Origin: Candidatus Hydrogenedentota bacterium
GTDB taxonomy: Bacteria > Hydrogenedentota > Hydrogenedentia > Hydrogenedentales > JAEUWI01
Length of the DNA stretch: 64,000 nucleotides
Direction of reading: 5' to 3'
NCBI GenBank assembly: GCA_034669905.1
Contig: JAXMOL010000017.1
Location: 64,001-128,000 of the forward strand
Position numbers and translations under genes: made by a program. Of this stretch, positions 40,804 through 51,012 are shown one piece after another; positions within the stretch are counted from its first letter, which is position 1, and every line of letters begins with the position of its first letter. The notes under the pieces were generated by a model. The model saw nothing but the letters and a program-made list of their open reading frames with translations. It did not search any database and had not been told where the DNA came from.

Positions 40804-41601
40804 CTACGCAATGGCTTCCTGCGGAAAGGGCATTTGTCCGATGCCACGGGGGCGCATACCCCGCACCATCAGGCCCGGGCGGCCCACGCTCTGTCCGCTT
40901 ATCTGGGGATTCGCCGGATCGCGGAACCCGCATCGCACGAGTCGCCGCACCTTGTCCGTCTGATTAATGTGGCTGCCGTGCACGGTGAAAATATTGAAGA
41001 GCACCACATCTCCCCGTTTCGCGGGCACGGGCACCGTATCTTCCAGACGATAGTCCCGGGTAGAGAGATGGGGCGTGCATTCGCCTTCCGGGGTCTGGGT
41101 GATATGGGGAAGGTAGCCTTCTTTGTGGCTGCCCGCGAGGAATCGGATTTCTCCATTCTCGTGACAGGTATCATCCAGATGAACCAGGACATCGATATAG
41201 CGTCCGTCGGTATGTTCGTAGAAGGCATTGTCCTGATGGAGTGGAAAGGGATGACCGGTCTGGGGTGGCTTCATATGCAAGGTGGTGTGATGGAGCTCGA
41301 CATTGGGCCCCAGCAAATCGCCCAGCGACTCGGTGAGCCGTGGACTCAGCATGGCGCGCGTCCACGCTTCGGAATAGAAGTGCAGATCATGGAGGTGGGT
41401 TAACCTGGACTTCTCGGAGGTCGCGGCATCCATATAGGCTTCGCGCCAGGGGCCAGTCCAGCCCATATCGGTCTGGGCCCAGTCATTCAAGAGGGTTTCC
41501 AGCTGTTCCTCCATCTGCGCCATTTCGTCTGGCGTGAATACCTGGGGGATATGAAGAAAACCCTGCTCCGCATAGGCCTGACACTGTGCTTGGGTCAACA
41601 T
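40804..41601 (-). CDS. Phytanoyl-CoA dioxygenase family 2OG-Fe(II) oxygenase
   Basis: HQD, LDD...NG, GSH, GDVVLF and HGS motifs. Confidence 0.88.
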   Translation of the reverse strand: MLTQAQCQAYAEQGFLHIPQVFTPDEMAQMEEQLETLLNDWAQTDMGWTGPWREAYMDAATSEKSRLTHLHDLHFYSEAWTRAMLSPRLTESLGDLLGPNVELHHTTLHMKPPQTGHPFPLHQDNAFYEHTDGRYIDVLVHLDDTCHENGEIRFLAGSHKEGYLPHITQTPEGECTPHLSTRDYRLEDTVPVPAKRGDVVLFNIFTVHGSHINQTDKVRRLVRCGFRDPANPQISGQSVGRPGLMVRGMRPRGIGQMPFPQEAIA

Positions 41602-41766
41602 GATTCCGACGCTCCTCATCTGTGGGGTGGGGCCTGACCCTACGATTGGGTGAGACAATTCCGACCCGGCCTTGCGGGTATGTTATAGTACCCCTTCATA
41701 TCATCCTTCGCACTGAATTCTAGCACTACCAACCGGCGACTACAACGCTTGGGAAAGGAGCCTGTT

Positions 41767-42219
41767 ATGGCAGAATCCACTCCTCAAAATTACGACAACC
41801 ACGTCTTGATTCCCAAAACGTTTCTGGTGGTCGTGTTGGTGTTTCTCGTGGCCGCGATTCTGGCGACGGTCGGCCTGGTGAAGACCGGCACGGTAGTCGG
41901 CACCTGTTGCATTGGTACCGCCGTACTCTTGAACGCCTTTGCAGCGATCTATGGCCTGTTTGTCGTGCGGGGTTACGCGGTTAAGCTGCAGGATCGCATC
42001 ATCCGCACGGAAATGCGACTCCGCATGGCGGCCATCCTGCCGGAAGAGCTCGGCGCTGCCGCGAAGAGTCTGACAACGAAACAACTGATTGGCCTGCGCT
42101 TTGCCTCGGACGAGGAATTGCCCGACCTGACCCGTAAAGTACTCGATGACAAGATTGAGAAGGTCGACGCCATCAAAAAGCTGGTTAAGAACTGGCAACC
42201 CGACAATGAGCGGGTATAA
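41767..42219 (+). CDS. DUF6526-like membrane protein
   Basis: QNYDNH, two TM helices, LQDRIIRTEMRLR, QLIGLRFASDEE and IKK.VKNW.PD..RV. Confidence 0.7.
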   Translation: MAESTPQNYDNHVLIPKTFLVVVLVFLVAAILATVGLVKTGTVVGTCCIGTAVLLNAFAAIYGLFVVRGYAVKLQDRIIRTEMRLRMAAILPEELGAAAKSLTTKQLIGLRFASDEELPDLTRKVLDDKIEKVDAIKKLVKNWQPDNERV

Positions 42220-42233
42220 GAGAACGCCATCCC

Positions 42234-43253
42234 ATGAGCCCGAATAACGCCCGCCGCAAGCCCAAGAAATTCACGGGGCAGTCCGCCCCAAGTCGCGATT
42301 TGGTATTTTCCACCAAATGGCACAATCTCGTGGAATTTCGCGATGAACGGGGCAAGCCCTATCGGCGATTTTACAAGTTAGAGACCCTGACCAGTGCCAT
42401 CGATAAGTTGGTGCGGGAGCAGGATCGTTTTCTGGTGCCCACCATTCAGCAAGTGCTGGGCAACAGCCGTTTGACGAGCATTGTCTTTGAGCTGGTAGAA
42501 GAGGATGCACTCCGCTACATTTTTCAGGTGCGGGCTACCAATGCCTTGAAAAAGCGGGTCAACCTGCGGCTGGTGGTGGCCAAGAATCAGGAAGAAGCCA
42601 CCCGCCGTCTGGCGACGGAATTCAAACACCTGACGGCACTCTACAAGCAAATTCCGAATGGCATGGTGCAACCCTTGCGCTCGGGGGCTCTGTTTCTTCC
42701 TGATCGCTATCGCCGGGACGAACATCACCGGGACATTGGGGCCTATATTACCTCCGCACCGGCCCGGTTTGAGCGATTGGGTATCCACCGCAACACCCAG
42801 TATATGTCGCTGGGTGATGCGCCCCATACCTTTTCGAAGAAAGAGACGGAAGCCCTCAAGCAGGCCATGGTCACCTTGATCGCTTCGGCCTTTAATCCGA
42901 TTACCCGCGATGGCCTGGATACCCACCAGATTGATCCGTCGACCTTCCAAGTCACACGCCCAAGCCGGGGACTGCCCAAGATTAAGATCTTCAACTGCGT
43001 CCACATGCAGACCAAGTTGAGTCCCCCCCGCCTCCTGGGCTTCCTCCTGACGGACACCTGGGAAAGCCGGGGGGTACGTAGCTTGATCGCCCCGGACGAT
43101 CCCCGCCACTTTTTCAAGGCGCTGGTGGACGCGGTGGGCAAAGAGACGGCGAAGGAATGGGTGGCCCGTTTTGCCCCCCTGGCGGCAGCCGACAAGGTCA
43201 AGGCCCCGAAAGACGGCTACGTACCCGAACTCGCGGAAATCGCTGCCGAGTAG
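42234..43253 (+). CDS. Hypothetical protein, possibly a degenerate kinase-like fold
   Basis: 339-aa ORF in operon position with typical codon usage; no definitive motif. Confidence 0.6.
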   Translation: MSPNNARRKPKKFTGQSAPSRDLVFSTKWHNLVEFRDERGKPYRRFYKLETLTSAIDKLVREQDRFLVPTIQQVLGNSRLTSIVFELVEEDALRYIFQVRATNALKKRVNLRLVVAKNQEEATRRLATEFKHLTALYKQIPNGMVQPLRSGALFLPDRYRRDEHHRDIGAYITSAPARFERLGIHRNTQYMSLGDAPHTFSKKETEALKQAMVTLIASAFNPITRDGLDTHQIDPSTFQVTRPSRGLPKIKIFNCVHMQTKLSPPRLLGFLLTDTWESRGVRSLIAPDDPRHFFKALVDAVGKETAKEWVARFAPLAAADKVKAPKDGYVPELAEIAAE

Positions 43254-43297
43254 GCCCCCTATTGAAGCCCGTGAACGCGGGTGCTACCATCACCGCC

Positions 43298-44164
43298 ATG
43301 GCTATCACCCCGCTTACACACCCGGGTCGGGGGGCGCTGTTGCAGGTGCCCCGGGATCTCATCGCTTCGCGCGAACTCCTGCTCGATCTCATCCGCAAAG
43401 ATTTGCGGGTGCGCTATCGCTATGCGGCGCTGGGCTTTCTGTGGGCACTCTTAGAACCCCTCGCCTATATGGTCGTGCTCACCTTCATTTTTGAGCGGGT
43501 GCTGGCCCCCACCGGTGAGGTGGCCATGTTTGGCACGGGCATCCCCTTTGCTTCCGGCCTCTTGTGTGGACTGGTCTTCTGGCAGTTCTCCACGCAGAGT
43601 GTGGGTGCAGCCACTGCCTCGCTCCTGGAAAACCAGCACCTCGTCAGAAAGGTGGCCTTCACCCGCGAAGTTATCCCCCTGGCCGCCATGGGCTACCCCC
43701 TCTTCTCCCTACTGATCGGGCTGGTCGTGCTGCTGGCCGTCCACCTCCTGCTCGGCGGACAGGTCGGCGTGAGTGCCCTCTGGATGGTGCCCCTCTTTAT
43801 CGTTCAACTCAGTATTACGGTGGGCACCGGACTCTTAACCGCTGCGCTCAACGTGCGCTTTCGCGATGTGGGGTACATGGTCACCGTGGGCCTCCTGCTC
43901 GGCTTTTATGCCTCGCCGGTATTCTACGATCTCGATTGGGTTCTCACCGCCGCCGCGCGCGGAGAAGTGCCCGACACGGTGGTGCGGCTCTACCTCATGA
44001 ATCCCATGGCCGAGTTGCTGGAGGCCTACCGACAGGCATTGCTCGAAGGACGGCGCCCCGACCGTTGGTTGTTCATCTGGCCCACCTGTGTCGCGCTGGT
44101 CGCCCTGTTGGGTGGCACGTGGGTCTTCCGCCGCAGTGCCGCGACCTTGTCGGACTATCTCTAA
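43298..44164 (+). CDS. Polysaccharide ABC exporter permease (Wzm-like)
   Basis: RYRYAALGFLWALLEP, KVAF, RFRDV, YASPVFY and NPMA. Confidence 0.9.
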   Translation: MAITPLTHPGRGALLQVPRDLIASRELLLDLIRKDLRVRYRYAALGFLWALLEPLAYMVVLTFIFERVLAPTGEVAMFGTGIPFASGLLCGLVFWQFSTQSVGAATASLLENQHLVRKVAFTREVIPLAAMGYPLFSLLIGLVVLLAVHLLLGGQVGVSALWMVPLFIVQLSITVGTGLLTAALNVRFRDVGYMVTVGLLLGFYASPVFYDLDWVLTAAARGEVPDTVVRLYLMNPMAELLEAYRQALLEGRRPDRWLFIWPTCVALVALLGGTWVFRRSAATLSDYL

Positions 44165-46249
44165 ATGGCCCTTATTGAAGCGACGAATATCGCGAAACGC
44201 TACCCTTCCCACGGTGGAAAGCGGGCACTCCTGGGACGGGGTGGAATCGGCCGCCTGTTTCGGCCATCCCCCGTGGCACCCGAAGCGCTGGCCCCCCTCT
44301 CGTTGCAGGTGGAAGCCGGAGAAGCGGTGGGGATCATCGGGCGAAATGGCTCGGGTAAGAGTACGCTCCTCAAACTAATCGCCGGGGTCACGGCGCCCAG
44401 TCAAGGCAGCCTGAAGGTCCATGGCCGGGTGGCGAGTTTACTGGAGTTGGGCGCGGGCTTTCACCCTATGCTGACCGGTCGGGAGAACGTGTATCTCAAT
44501 GCGGGCCTGCTCGGCATGCGCCATGCCCAGGTGGATGCAAGCTTCGATGCCATCGTAGATTTTGCCGAGCTGGCCTCTTCTATTGACCAGACCGTGGACA
44601 CGTACAGCAGTGGCATGTTCGTCCGACTCGCTTTCTCTGTCGCCATCCATACCGACCCGGATGTATTTCTGGTGGACGAAGTGCTGTCGGTGGGCGATGA
44701 GGCCTTTCAACGGAAATGCCGCGCCCGTATCCTCGAACTGAAACAGGCAGGAAAGACCATCCTATTCGTATCCCACGATCTCGGCACGGTCCAAACCCTG
44801 TGTGACCGTGTTATCCTGCTCGACGCCGGGTCGGTCTTGTCCCGAGGTAGCGCCCAGGAGACCATCGACTACTATCTGCGCCGCGCGGGACGGGCCGATG
44901 GGGTCCGACGTCTTCAACATGGCGCGCTGGAAGCGCTCTTTAACCATGGCCGGGTGGCCCTCTACCACCGTGAACGGGAACTCACCGCGCCCCTGGGCAT
45001 CAAGGTCCAGTTTCAAAGTATGGGGCACTATCACGAGTCCTCCGACGCGGAATGGACGCTGACCACGGTCTCGGATGGCCACCTGGAAGCGACGGGCGTA
45101 TTCCCACGGCTTCCGGTCACGTTGTACTTCCGTTGCGATTTGGATGACAGGGGGTTTTGCCTGACGGTTTCGTGGGAAAACACCCAGGCGATCACGCTCA
45201 GCTACGTCGCGATTCAATGCGCGCTACGCACCTCTTATGAGCACTGGCAGTCCGGGACCGATGTGGGGCCCTTCCCGGAAATTGGCCCGGCTGACCGTAG
45301 TTGGCGTGCGGTGGCCCTCCAGCTGGGCGCGTCGCGTGCCTGTGAACTGCTGGGCGACGGGGAATCCGATTTGCCGCCCCTTTGTTTCTCGGTGGCTGAC
45401 ACTCCAGCGCGCGCCCGCTTTCAACTCGACAACGCGGACTATATGACCCAGGCGCGCCTGGTCCACCTGAGCGACGTCATCCCCTCTGGGGACAACCCCC
45501 TCCCCCCGGCACGCCGGAATCTCGGCACCGTGATTGTCGATCCGACCCGGAGTGTGGCGGAAACGAAATCCCGCCATGAACAGCGGCTCGGTGCACGGGA
45601 CCTCCAGACCGGCCGGCTTTCCGCACGGCTTCAGGGGGGGGCCATCGCGCTGGAACGCAATGGCACGGCACTGACGCGCTTTTTGCACCTCCACGTGCAA
45701 TTGCGTACGGGCGCACTCTGGACCTCCGGCCAGGCATTGCATTGGCAAGAAACAGAACGTCATGGCCAGGAACTCCGCGCTACAGGGGATTCGCTCCGCA
45801 TGCCTTGTTCGCTGATCTGGACCCTTGCGCCCGTCGACGACACCGGCTATCGCTTCACCGTAACCCTGGTGGCCCGGGAAGACTTCGAGCTCAACGAGTG
45901 CAATATTTCCCTCTGCCTCGGCCCCGAGTACGGGCATTGGGAATGCGCCCACGAGTCGGGGGACTTCGGTGCCTTTACCGAATCGACTGAACGCTGGGCC
46001 CATGCCAACCGGTGCTACGAAGCGGGGACATTCATCCGCGCCACGGCGGAGGGACTCCCTACCATAACAATGACCCTGGACAGGAGCGTGGGAAGGGCCA
46101 TACCCGCTGCCCTCCAGACCGATCAGGGCCACGCGGCCCATGTGCTCCAACTGATTTCGAGCCCTGGGGAAGCCCATGCCTTTGCACTCGCACCGGGTGC
46201 CCACTGCCTGTTCTCGGGCACGGTCACCGTGGATGGAGCGGCCCCGTGA
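44165..46249 (+). CDS. Polysaccharide ABC exporter ATPase (Wzt-like) with a long duplicated C-terminal domain
   Basis: GRNGSGKST, YSSGMFVRLAF, DEVLSVGD and VSHD, followed by about 450 extra residues. Confidence 0.9.
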   Translation: MALIEATNIAKRYPSHGGKRALLGRGGIGRLFRPSPVAPEALAPLSLQVEAGEAVGIIGRNGSGKSTLLKLIAGVTAPSQGSLKVHGRVASLLELGAGFHPMLTGRENVYLNAGLLGMRHAQVDASFDAIVDFAELASSIDQTVDTYSSGMFVRLAFSVAIHTDPDVFLVDEVLSVGDEAFQRKCRARILELKQAGKTILFVSHDLGTVQTLCDRVILLDAGSVLSRGSAQETIDYYLRRAGRADGVRRLQHGALEALFNHGRVALYHRERELTAPLGIKVQFQSMGHYHESSDAEWTLTTVSDGHLEATGVFPRLPVTLYFRCDLDDRGFCLTVSWENTQAITLSYVAIQCALRTSYEHWQSGTDVGPFPEIGPADRSWRAVALQLGASRACELLGDGESDLPPLCFSVADTPARARFQLDNADYMTQARLVHLSDVIPSGDNPLPPARRNLGTVIVDPTRSVAETKSRHEQRLGARDLQTGRLSARLQGGAIALERNGTALTRFLHLHVQLRTGALWTSGQALHWQETERHGQELRATGDSLRMPCSLIWTLAPVDDTGYRFTVTLVAREDFELNECNISLCLGPEYGHWECAHESGDFGAFTESTERWAHANRCYEAGTFIRATAEGLPTITMTLDRSVGRAIPAALQTDQGHAAHVLQLISSPGEAHAFALAPGAHCLFSGTVTVDGAAP

Positions 46250-47229
46250 GCGCAGGCGACCCGGAAATTGAGGTGTCCATCGTCGTGCCTGCCTATAACC
46301 AGGCATCCCTACTGGAACGCTTGCTGGATTCCCTCGTCGCCCTGAAATCCGGACCCCATTGGGAGGTCCTCATCGTGGACGACTGCTCTACCGACGATAC
46401 GGCAGCAACGACGGCCCGTTGGCTGGACGGCCATCCCGAGGTGAGGGGCCGCTATCTGCTTCAAGACCGCAACCAGGGCCCGGGCGCCGCACGCAACCGG
46501 GGTCTGGCGGAAGCACAGGGAGCGCTGGTGGCCTTCATCGACACGGATTGTATTGCCGGGCCCGACTGGCTCGCGGCGTTGCTATCCGGCCTGACAGACG
46601 AACACATCGTCGGTGTGGGCGGCGCAGTACGTGCCTTCAACCCGGAGAACCGCTATGCACGCTACAACACGGTTAACGGCACCCTACAGCCCATCGTCGC
46701 GCCCGACTATGCCATCCCCTACCTGGTCACCTGCAACTGCTGTTACCGCCGTGATGCCCTTCGGGCGGTGGGAGGCTTTCCCACGGATATTGCGCGGCCC
46801 GGCGGCGAGGACGTGGCCGCGAGTATCGCCCTCTACAAGCAGGGGTATCGATTTGCCTTCGCACCGGACGCGACCATAGCGCATGACTTCCGGGACACGT
46901 GGCGTCGATTCGCGCGGACGTGGCAGAACTACGGCTACGGCTGTGGCCTCACGGCCCACCGCATGCTCACCCAGGAGGAGTTGAACCCCGAATGGGGCCA
47001 GTGGGGCGGCAACAACTACTGGGGCGTCCAGGCAGTACGGCCGACCGTCACCGGCATTCGATCCTGCTATCGGGATCTCCGTTGGTTTCGGGGGCGCTGC
47101 CGCGAACGGGGCGTGAAGGGGGCGCAACTCCCCATCATGCTCCTCCTCCGACTGGTGGAACGCCTGTGCTATCTCCGAGGCTGGCGGGCGGGGGTGAAGC
47201 GTGCCCATGCGGAGCGGGGCCTGTCGTAA
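46246..47229 (+). CDS. GT2 glycosyltransferase
   Basis: VSIVVPAYN, VDDCSTD, GPGAARN, FIDTDC and GGED; GTG start overlaps the wzt stop. Confidence 0.9.
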   Translation: MSAGDPEIEVSIVVPAYNQASLLERLLDSLVALKSGPHWEVLIVDDCSTDDTAATTARWLDGHPEVRGRYLLQDRNQGPGAARNRGLAEAQGALVAFIDTDCIAGPDWLAALLSGLTDEHIVGVGGAVRAFNPENRYARYNTVNGTLQPIVAPDYAIPYLVTCNCCYRRDALRAVGGFPTDIARPGGEDVAASIALYKQGYRFAFAPDATIAHDFRDTWRRFARTWQNYGYGCGLTAHRMLTQEELNPEWGQWGGNNYWGVQAVRPTVTGIRSCYRDLRWFRGRCRERGVKGAQLPIMLLLRLVERLCYLRGWRAGVKRAHAERGLS

Positions 47230-47367
47230 GTACGTCACGCCACCGGGAGGACCCAGAAGAGCGGGCGAGAAAGTGGACCGTCCCGGGCTGCAGATTTCCT
47301 TCTCACCGTGAACTCGGGTAGAATCAGCACCTGTTGTGAGCCGAAGCGTCCCGTTGAATCGAGCCCC

Positions 47368-49719
47368 ATGCCTGCCAGTAACGAACAAAGCCCTATCCCC
47401 CAACTGCAGTCCGTTCGCGGTCTGATCGTGGCCGTCAATCGACGCGGCGAACGGGTCGGTCAGACGACCCTGCGCCAATGGCTGCGCCTTTCCGCCGAGA
47501 AGTTTAAGGCGCAAAAGGTGGATGTCTATCTGCCCAAGGCCGAGGTAGCGACCCTGCTACCCCTTCTGGAGGAGGGGCGCCAACTGGACCTCCGCCTTTC
47601 CCTGCGCTGCACCTCTGAGACCACGCCAGCTATCCTTCACGCCCTGGCTGACGGGGGCCTGCTGGATGTTGCCCTCGAACCCGACGTCATCAGCCGCCGC
47701 GCGCTGGCGCCCTGGTTTGAGGCGGCATCGGAAGCAGAATTGCCCCTCCGCCTTTTTCTGGATGGTGCGAAACTCCCACCCACCCCGGATGATGCCCTGG
47801 TGGATTGTCTGGCCCAGGCCGCCTCGGTCCGCATCGCCCTGCACAACGGGCTGGACAGGCGGGAGCGGCCGCGCCGACTTCCCGAAGAATGCATTGACCG
47901 AATCGTTGCCCTCGCAGGTGCACTGGCGGCCCGGGGAACGGAAACGCACTGTCTCGATATCCCCTTCTGCTGGGTACCGGAAGCGCGCTGGCCCCACCTG
48001 GTTCAGGGCCCCCAAATGCTGGCCCACCATCAGCACTATCGCCTCTCGTCCCGGGATTTCGCGCAAAAGACCTATGGACTCTCCCCCGACCGCATCCACC
48101 AGGCGGTGGAAATCAGCCTGGCCGATGGCACCTCCTTCCACAACCGTATCGACGACGCGGTGCTGCCCTGGATTCTGGAGCGGCCCTGGTACTTTTTCTG
48201 GCTTTGGTTCCTCCACAAGCTCACGCGCCGTCTCCTCCCGCGCCGTCCGGAGCCCAAGGCGCTGCCGGAAGAAATCACAGCGCTCGAAGGGGCGCTGGCC
48301 CGGTACACCGCCGAGCAGCGCACGACGCTTGGCCCGGTTTGCGCCGAATGTGCCCTCCACCCCATCTGCGACCACCACACGGAGGGCGCCAAACAGCGCT
48401 TCCCCGGCCGCGCGGTTTCGGCCATCGCGGGGGCGGTCTGCTATGACCCCCGTCGTTACCTGGATGAGGCGTCCACCTGGTATGACGCCGTGGATGCCGC
48501 GCGGACACGGTGCTATGAAGGGCGTATGGCCCTCTACGATGCGGCGCGGCACCGCATATCCCGTACGCCGCCCACGCGGGAGATAGCGGCGGAAAGCTAC
48601 CGGATCCAGGACCACAAGACCCACCGAATGCCGGCATCCGTACGCTGGTTTTCTTTTTCCACGGCGGAGTTACAAAGCACCGTGTTGGCCCGCCTCTCGC
48701 CCCCCTTCACGCTGAGTGTCACCGTGGGGGGCGGCATCGCCCAGTACATGGGCTTTGCCTTTGGGCGCCATTCACGGCTCGTCTGCCCTATGACGGCCTT
48801 CGACCACAAACTCACGCTCCACGTCGATGACCGGGGCTACTATGTCCTCCTGCGGGACGGCGAACCCGTGCACCCCGTGGCTTTCGAAGAGCGGGACCTG
48901 CTCCCCGAGCGCCTGGGAACGGTGGTTGAGCCCCGGATCGCGCTGCAGAACATCGACGGCCAGATAGTCACCCAGACGGTCCTGCTCTGGGAGGGGCCGG
49001 AGGTCTCCGAAGAGCGTCCGCCGTGCACCCATTCGGTGGTGGTGGTATGCACCCGCTATGCCCGTCGACTTCAGGCCGCCCTCCTGGCCCTCGCGCACCA
49101 GCAGGGACTCCAAGACGGGGCCCTGGAGGTCCTTGTCGGCTACGTGCCGGGCATTGACGCCACGGACGATGTGCTGGACAGCCTGGAGCAACAATGCCCC
49201 ACCCTCCGACTTGTACGCATGCCCTTTGGGGCGCAACACAGCCGTGCCAAGGGATTTATTATCAACGAATGTCTCGACCTGGCCCGTGGCGCTTGGATTA
49301 CGTTACTCGATGCGGATATTATGCTGCCGCCTGACTATTTTCAGCGCCTGGACGGGCAACCCGAATCGGCGACCTTTGTGGTGCCGGATGGACGGCACAT
49401 GTTGTCACCCGAAACGACGGCGGCCATCCTGCTGGGTCTGGAGCGGCCCTGGGAATCCTACGAGGCCCTCCTGGAATCCCCCGGTGAATACCGCCATCAC
49501 GAGTCTGACGGGGTGCCTCCGGGCTTCTGCCAGAGTGCACGCCGCGCCGTGTTTGAGGCGATTCGCTACCAGGAGCTGGACCATTTTGAGGGGTCCGACT
49601 GGTGGTTCAGCGCCCAGGTGATTGAAAAATTTGGCAAGGAAACCCGCCTGAGCGGTCTCCGGGTCCTCCACCTGGACCATGGGGGCAGTCAATGGTACGG
49701 CACCGATAAGCAGTTTTAA
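47368..49719 (+). CDS. Multidomain protein: radical-SAM-like N-terminus plus C-terminal GT2 domain
   Basis: C-terminal SVVVVC, KGFIIN, LLDADIML and GSDWWF; N-terminal DIPFC and CAECALHPICD. Confidence 0.7.
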   Translation: MPASNEQSPIPQLQSVRGLIVAVNRRGERVGQTTLRQWLRLSAEKFKAQKVDVYLPKAEVATLLPLLEEGRQLDLRLSLRCTSETTPAILHALADGGLLDVALEPDVISRRALAPWFEAASEAELPLRLFLDGAKLPPTPDDALVDCLAQAASVRIALHNGLDRRERPRRLPEECIDRIVALAGALAARGTETHCLDIPFCWVPEARWPHLVQGPQMLAHHQHYRLSSRDFAQKTYGLSPDRIHQAVEISLADGTSFHNRIDDAVLPWILERPWYFFWLWFLHKLTRRLLPRRPEPKALPEEITALEGALARYTAEQRTTLGPVCAECALHPICDHHTEGAKQRFPGRAVSAIAGAVCYDPRRYLDEASTWYDAVDAARTRCYEGRMALYDAARHRISRTPPTREIAAESYRIQDHKTHRMPASVRWFSFSTAELQSTVLARLSPPFTLSVTVGGGIAQYMGFAFGRHSRLVCPMTAFDHKLTLHVDDRGYYVLLRDGEPVHPVAFEERDLLPERLGTVVEPRIALQNIDGQIVTQTVLLWEGPEVSEERPPCTHSVVVVCTRYARRLQAALLALAHQQGLQDGALEVLVGYVPGIDATDDVLDSLEQQCPTLRLVRMPFGAQHSRAKGFIINECLDLARGAWITLLDADIMLPPDYFQRLDGQPESATFVVPDGRHMLSPETTAAILLGLERPWESYEALLESPGEYRHHESDGVPPGFCQSARRAVFEAIRYQELDHFEGSDWWFSAQVIEKFGKETRLSGLRVLHLDHGGSQWYGTDKQF

Positions 49720-49722
49720 CGC

Positions 49723-51012
49723 ATGGTGGCTCCCGGAGCCACCCAGGGAATTCCGTTGCGCATCAGCCTGGTCGATCTACTTTTTTCCTGGCCCCCCAAT
49801 GGCGGGGCCGATGTAGACCTGTATAATCTTGCCACGGGTCTGGTACGGGCGGGCCACGACGTGCAGGTGGTCGTGGTCAACGATGGGGATTCCTGGGAAC
49901 GGGGTGCTATCCAAAGTGGCCATTTCACCTTTTCGCTGCTGGGCGTCTCGGGCACGGGCCATCACTTTAACCGCAAACGTCTTCCCGGGCGAATCCGCGA
50001 GGCCGTCGACACCTGGAATCCCGAGGTGGTTTTTCTGGGAGACGGCTTCCTGATGAAGCCCTATGTGGGGCTGGCCCTCACGGACTACCCCCTCGTCGTC
50101 CGTTACTACGCCTATGAGATGGCCTGTCTGCGCGACATTCTCCATTTCAAAGATGGCGCGCCGTGTCCCAATCACTACCTGAAAACGCCCGGCGTATGCC
50201 GCGCCTGCGCCCTGGAGCATCTGGGCCCTGAAATCAAATCGGGACGTCCCCATGCCTGGACCCAGGAGTACCTGGCTGCCCAGGCCTATGGGCCCGCTTT
50301 TCGCACCGTGGCCGAATCTTTCCTGTCGCAGGTCACTGGAGCCATCGTCTACAACGAGACGATGAAATCCCACCTGGTGCACCATTGCAAGTCGGTTCAC
50401 GTGGTACCCGGCGGGGTGGACAGCCAGCACTTCACCTTTGAACCGCCCGTGCCGAAAACGCCGAAGGATGCGAAGCGCATTCTCATGACGGGCCGGGCAT
50501 CCGATCCCATGAAGGGGCTGGATGTTTTGCTTGAAGCGGGAGAACGGCTGTATGGGCAGCGACGGGACTTTAAGATTCACGTTACCGTGCCCGAGGAAAC
50601 GGCCTTACCGCCCTTTGCCCTGGCCATCGGCTGGCAATCCCATACGAGTTTGGTGAACTACTACCACCAATCCGACGTGTGCGTCGTCCCCAGTCGCTGG
50701 GAGGAGCCCTTCGGACTGGTGGCCCTGGAAGCGATGGCGACGGGGCGTCCGGTCTGCGCGAGCCGCGTCGGGGGCCTTCAGGATATTGTGGTGCACAAAG
50801 AGACGGGTTTTCTCTTCGACGCGGGGGACGCGGCGGAACTGGCCAAGCAACTGGAGCTCCTGCTCGACAATCCCAACCTCCGGCAACGAATGGGTATCGC
50901 CGCCCACCGGCGGGTCTATGGGGAGTATCGGTGGCCCCACATTGTGGAGCACCACTATTTGCCTGTTCTGGAAGCCGCTATTGCGGAACACCGGGAGGGC
51001 CGGCGGCCATGA
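49723..51012 (+). CDS. GT4 glycosyltransferase
   Basis: GGAD, MKGLD and PSRWEEPFGLVALEAMATGRPV. Confidence 0.92.
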   Translation: MVAPGATQGIPLRISLVDLLFSWPPNGGADVDLYNLATGLVRAGHDVQVVVVNDGDSWERGAIQSGHFTFSLLGVSGTGHHFNRKRLPGRIREAVDTWNPEVVFLGDGFLMKPYVGLALTDYPLVVRYYAYEMACLRDILHFKDGAPCPNHYLKTPGVCRACALEHLGPEIKSGRPHAWTQEYLAAQAYGPAFRTVAESFLSQVTGAIVYNETMKSHLVHHCKSVHVVPGGVDSQHFTFEPPVPKTPKDAKRILMTGRASDPMKGLDVLLEAGERLYGQRRDFKIHVTVPEETALPPFALAIGWQSHTSLVNYYHQSDVCVVPSRWEEPFGLVALEAMATGRPVCASRVGGLQDIVVHKETGFLFDAGDAAELAKQLELLLDNPNLRQRMGIAAHRRVYGEYRWPHIVEHHYLPVLEAAIAEHREGRRP

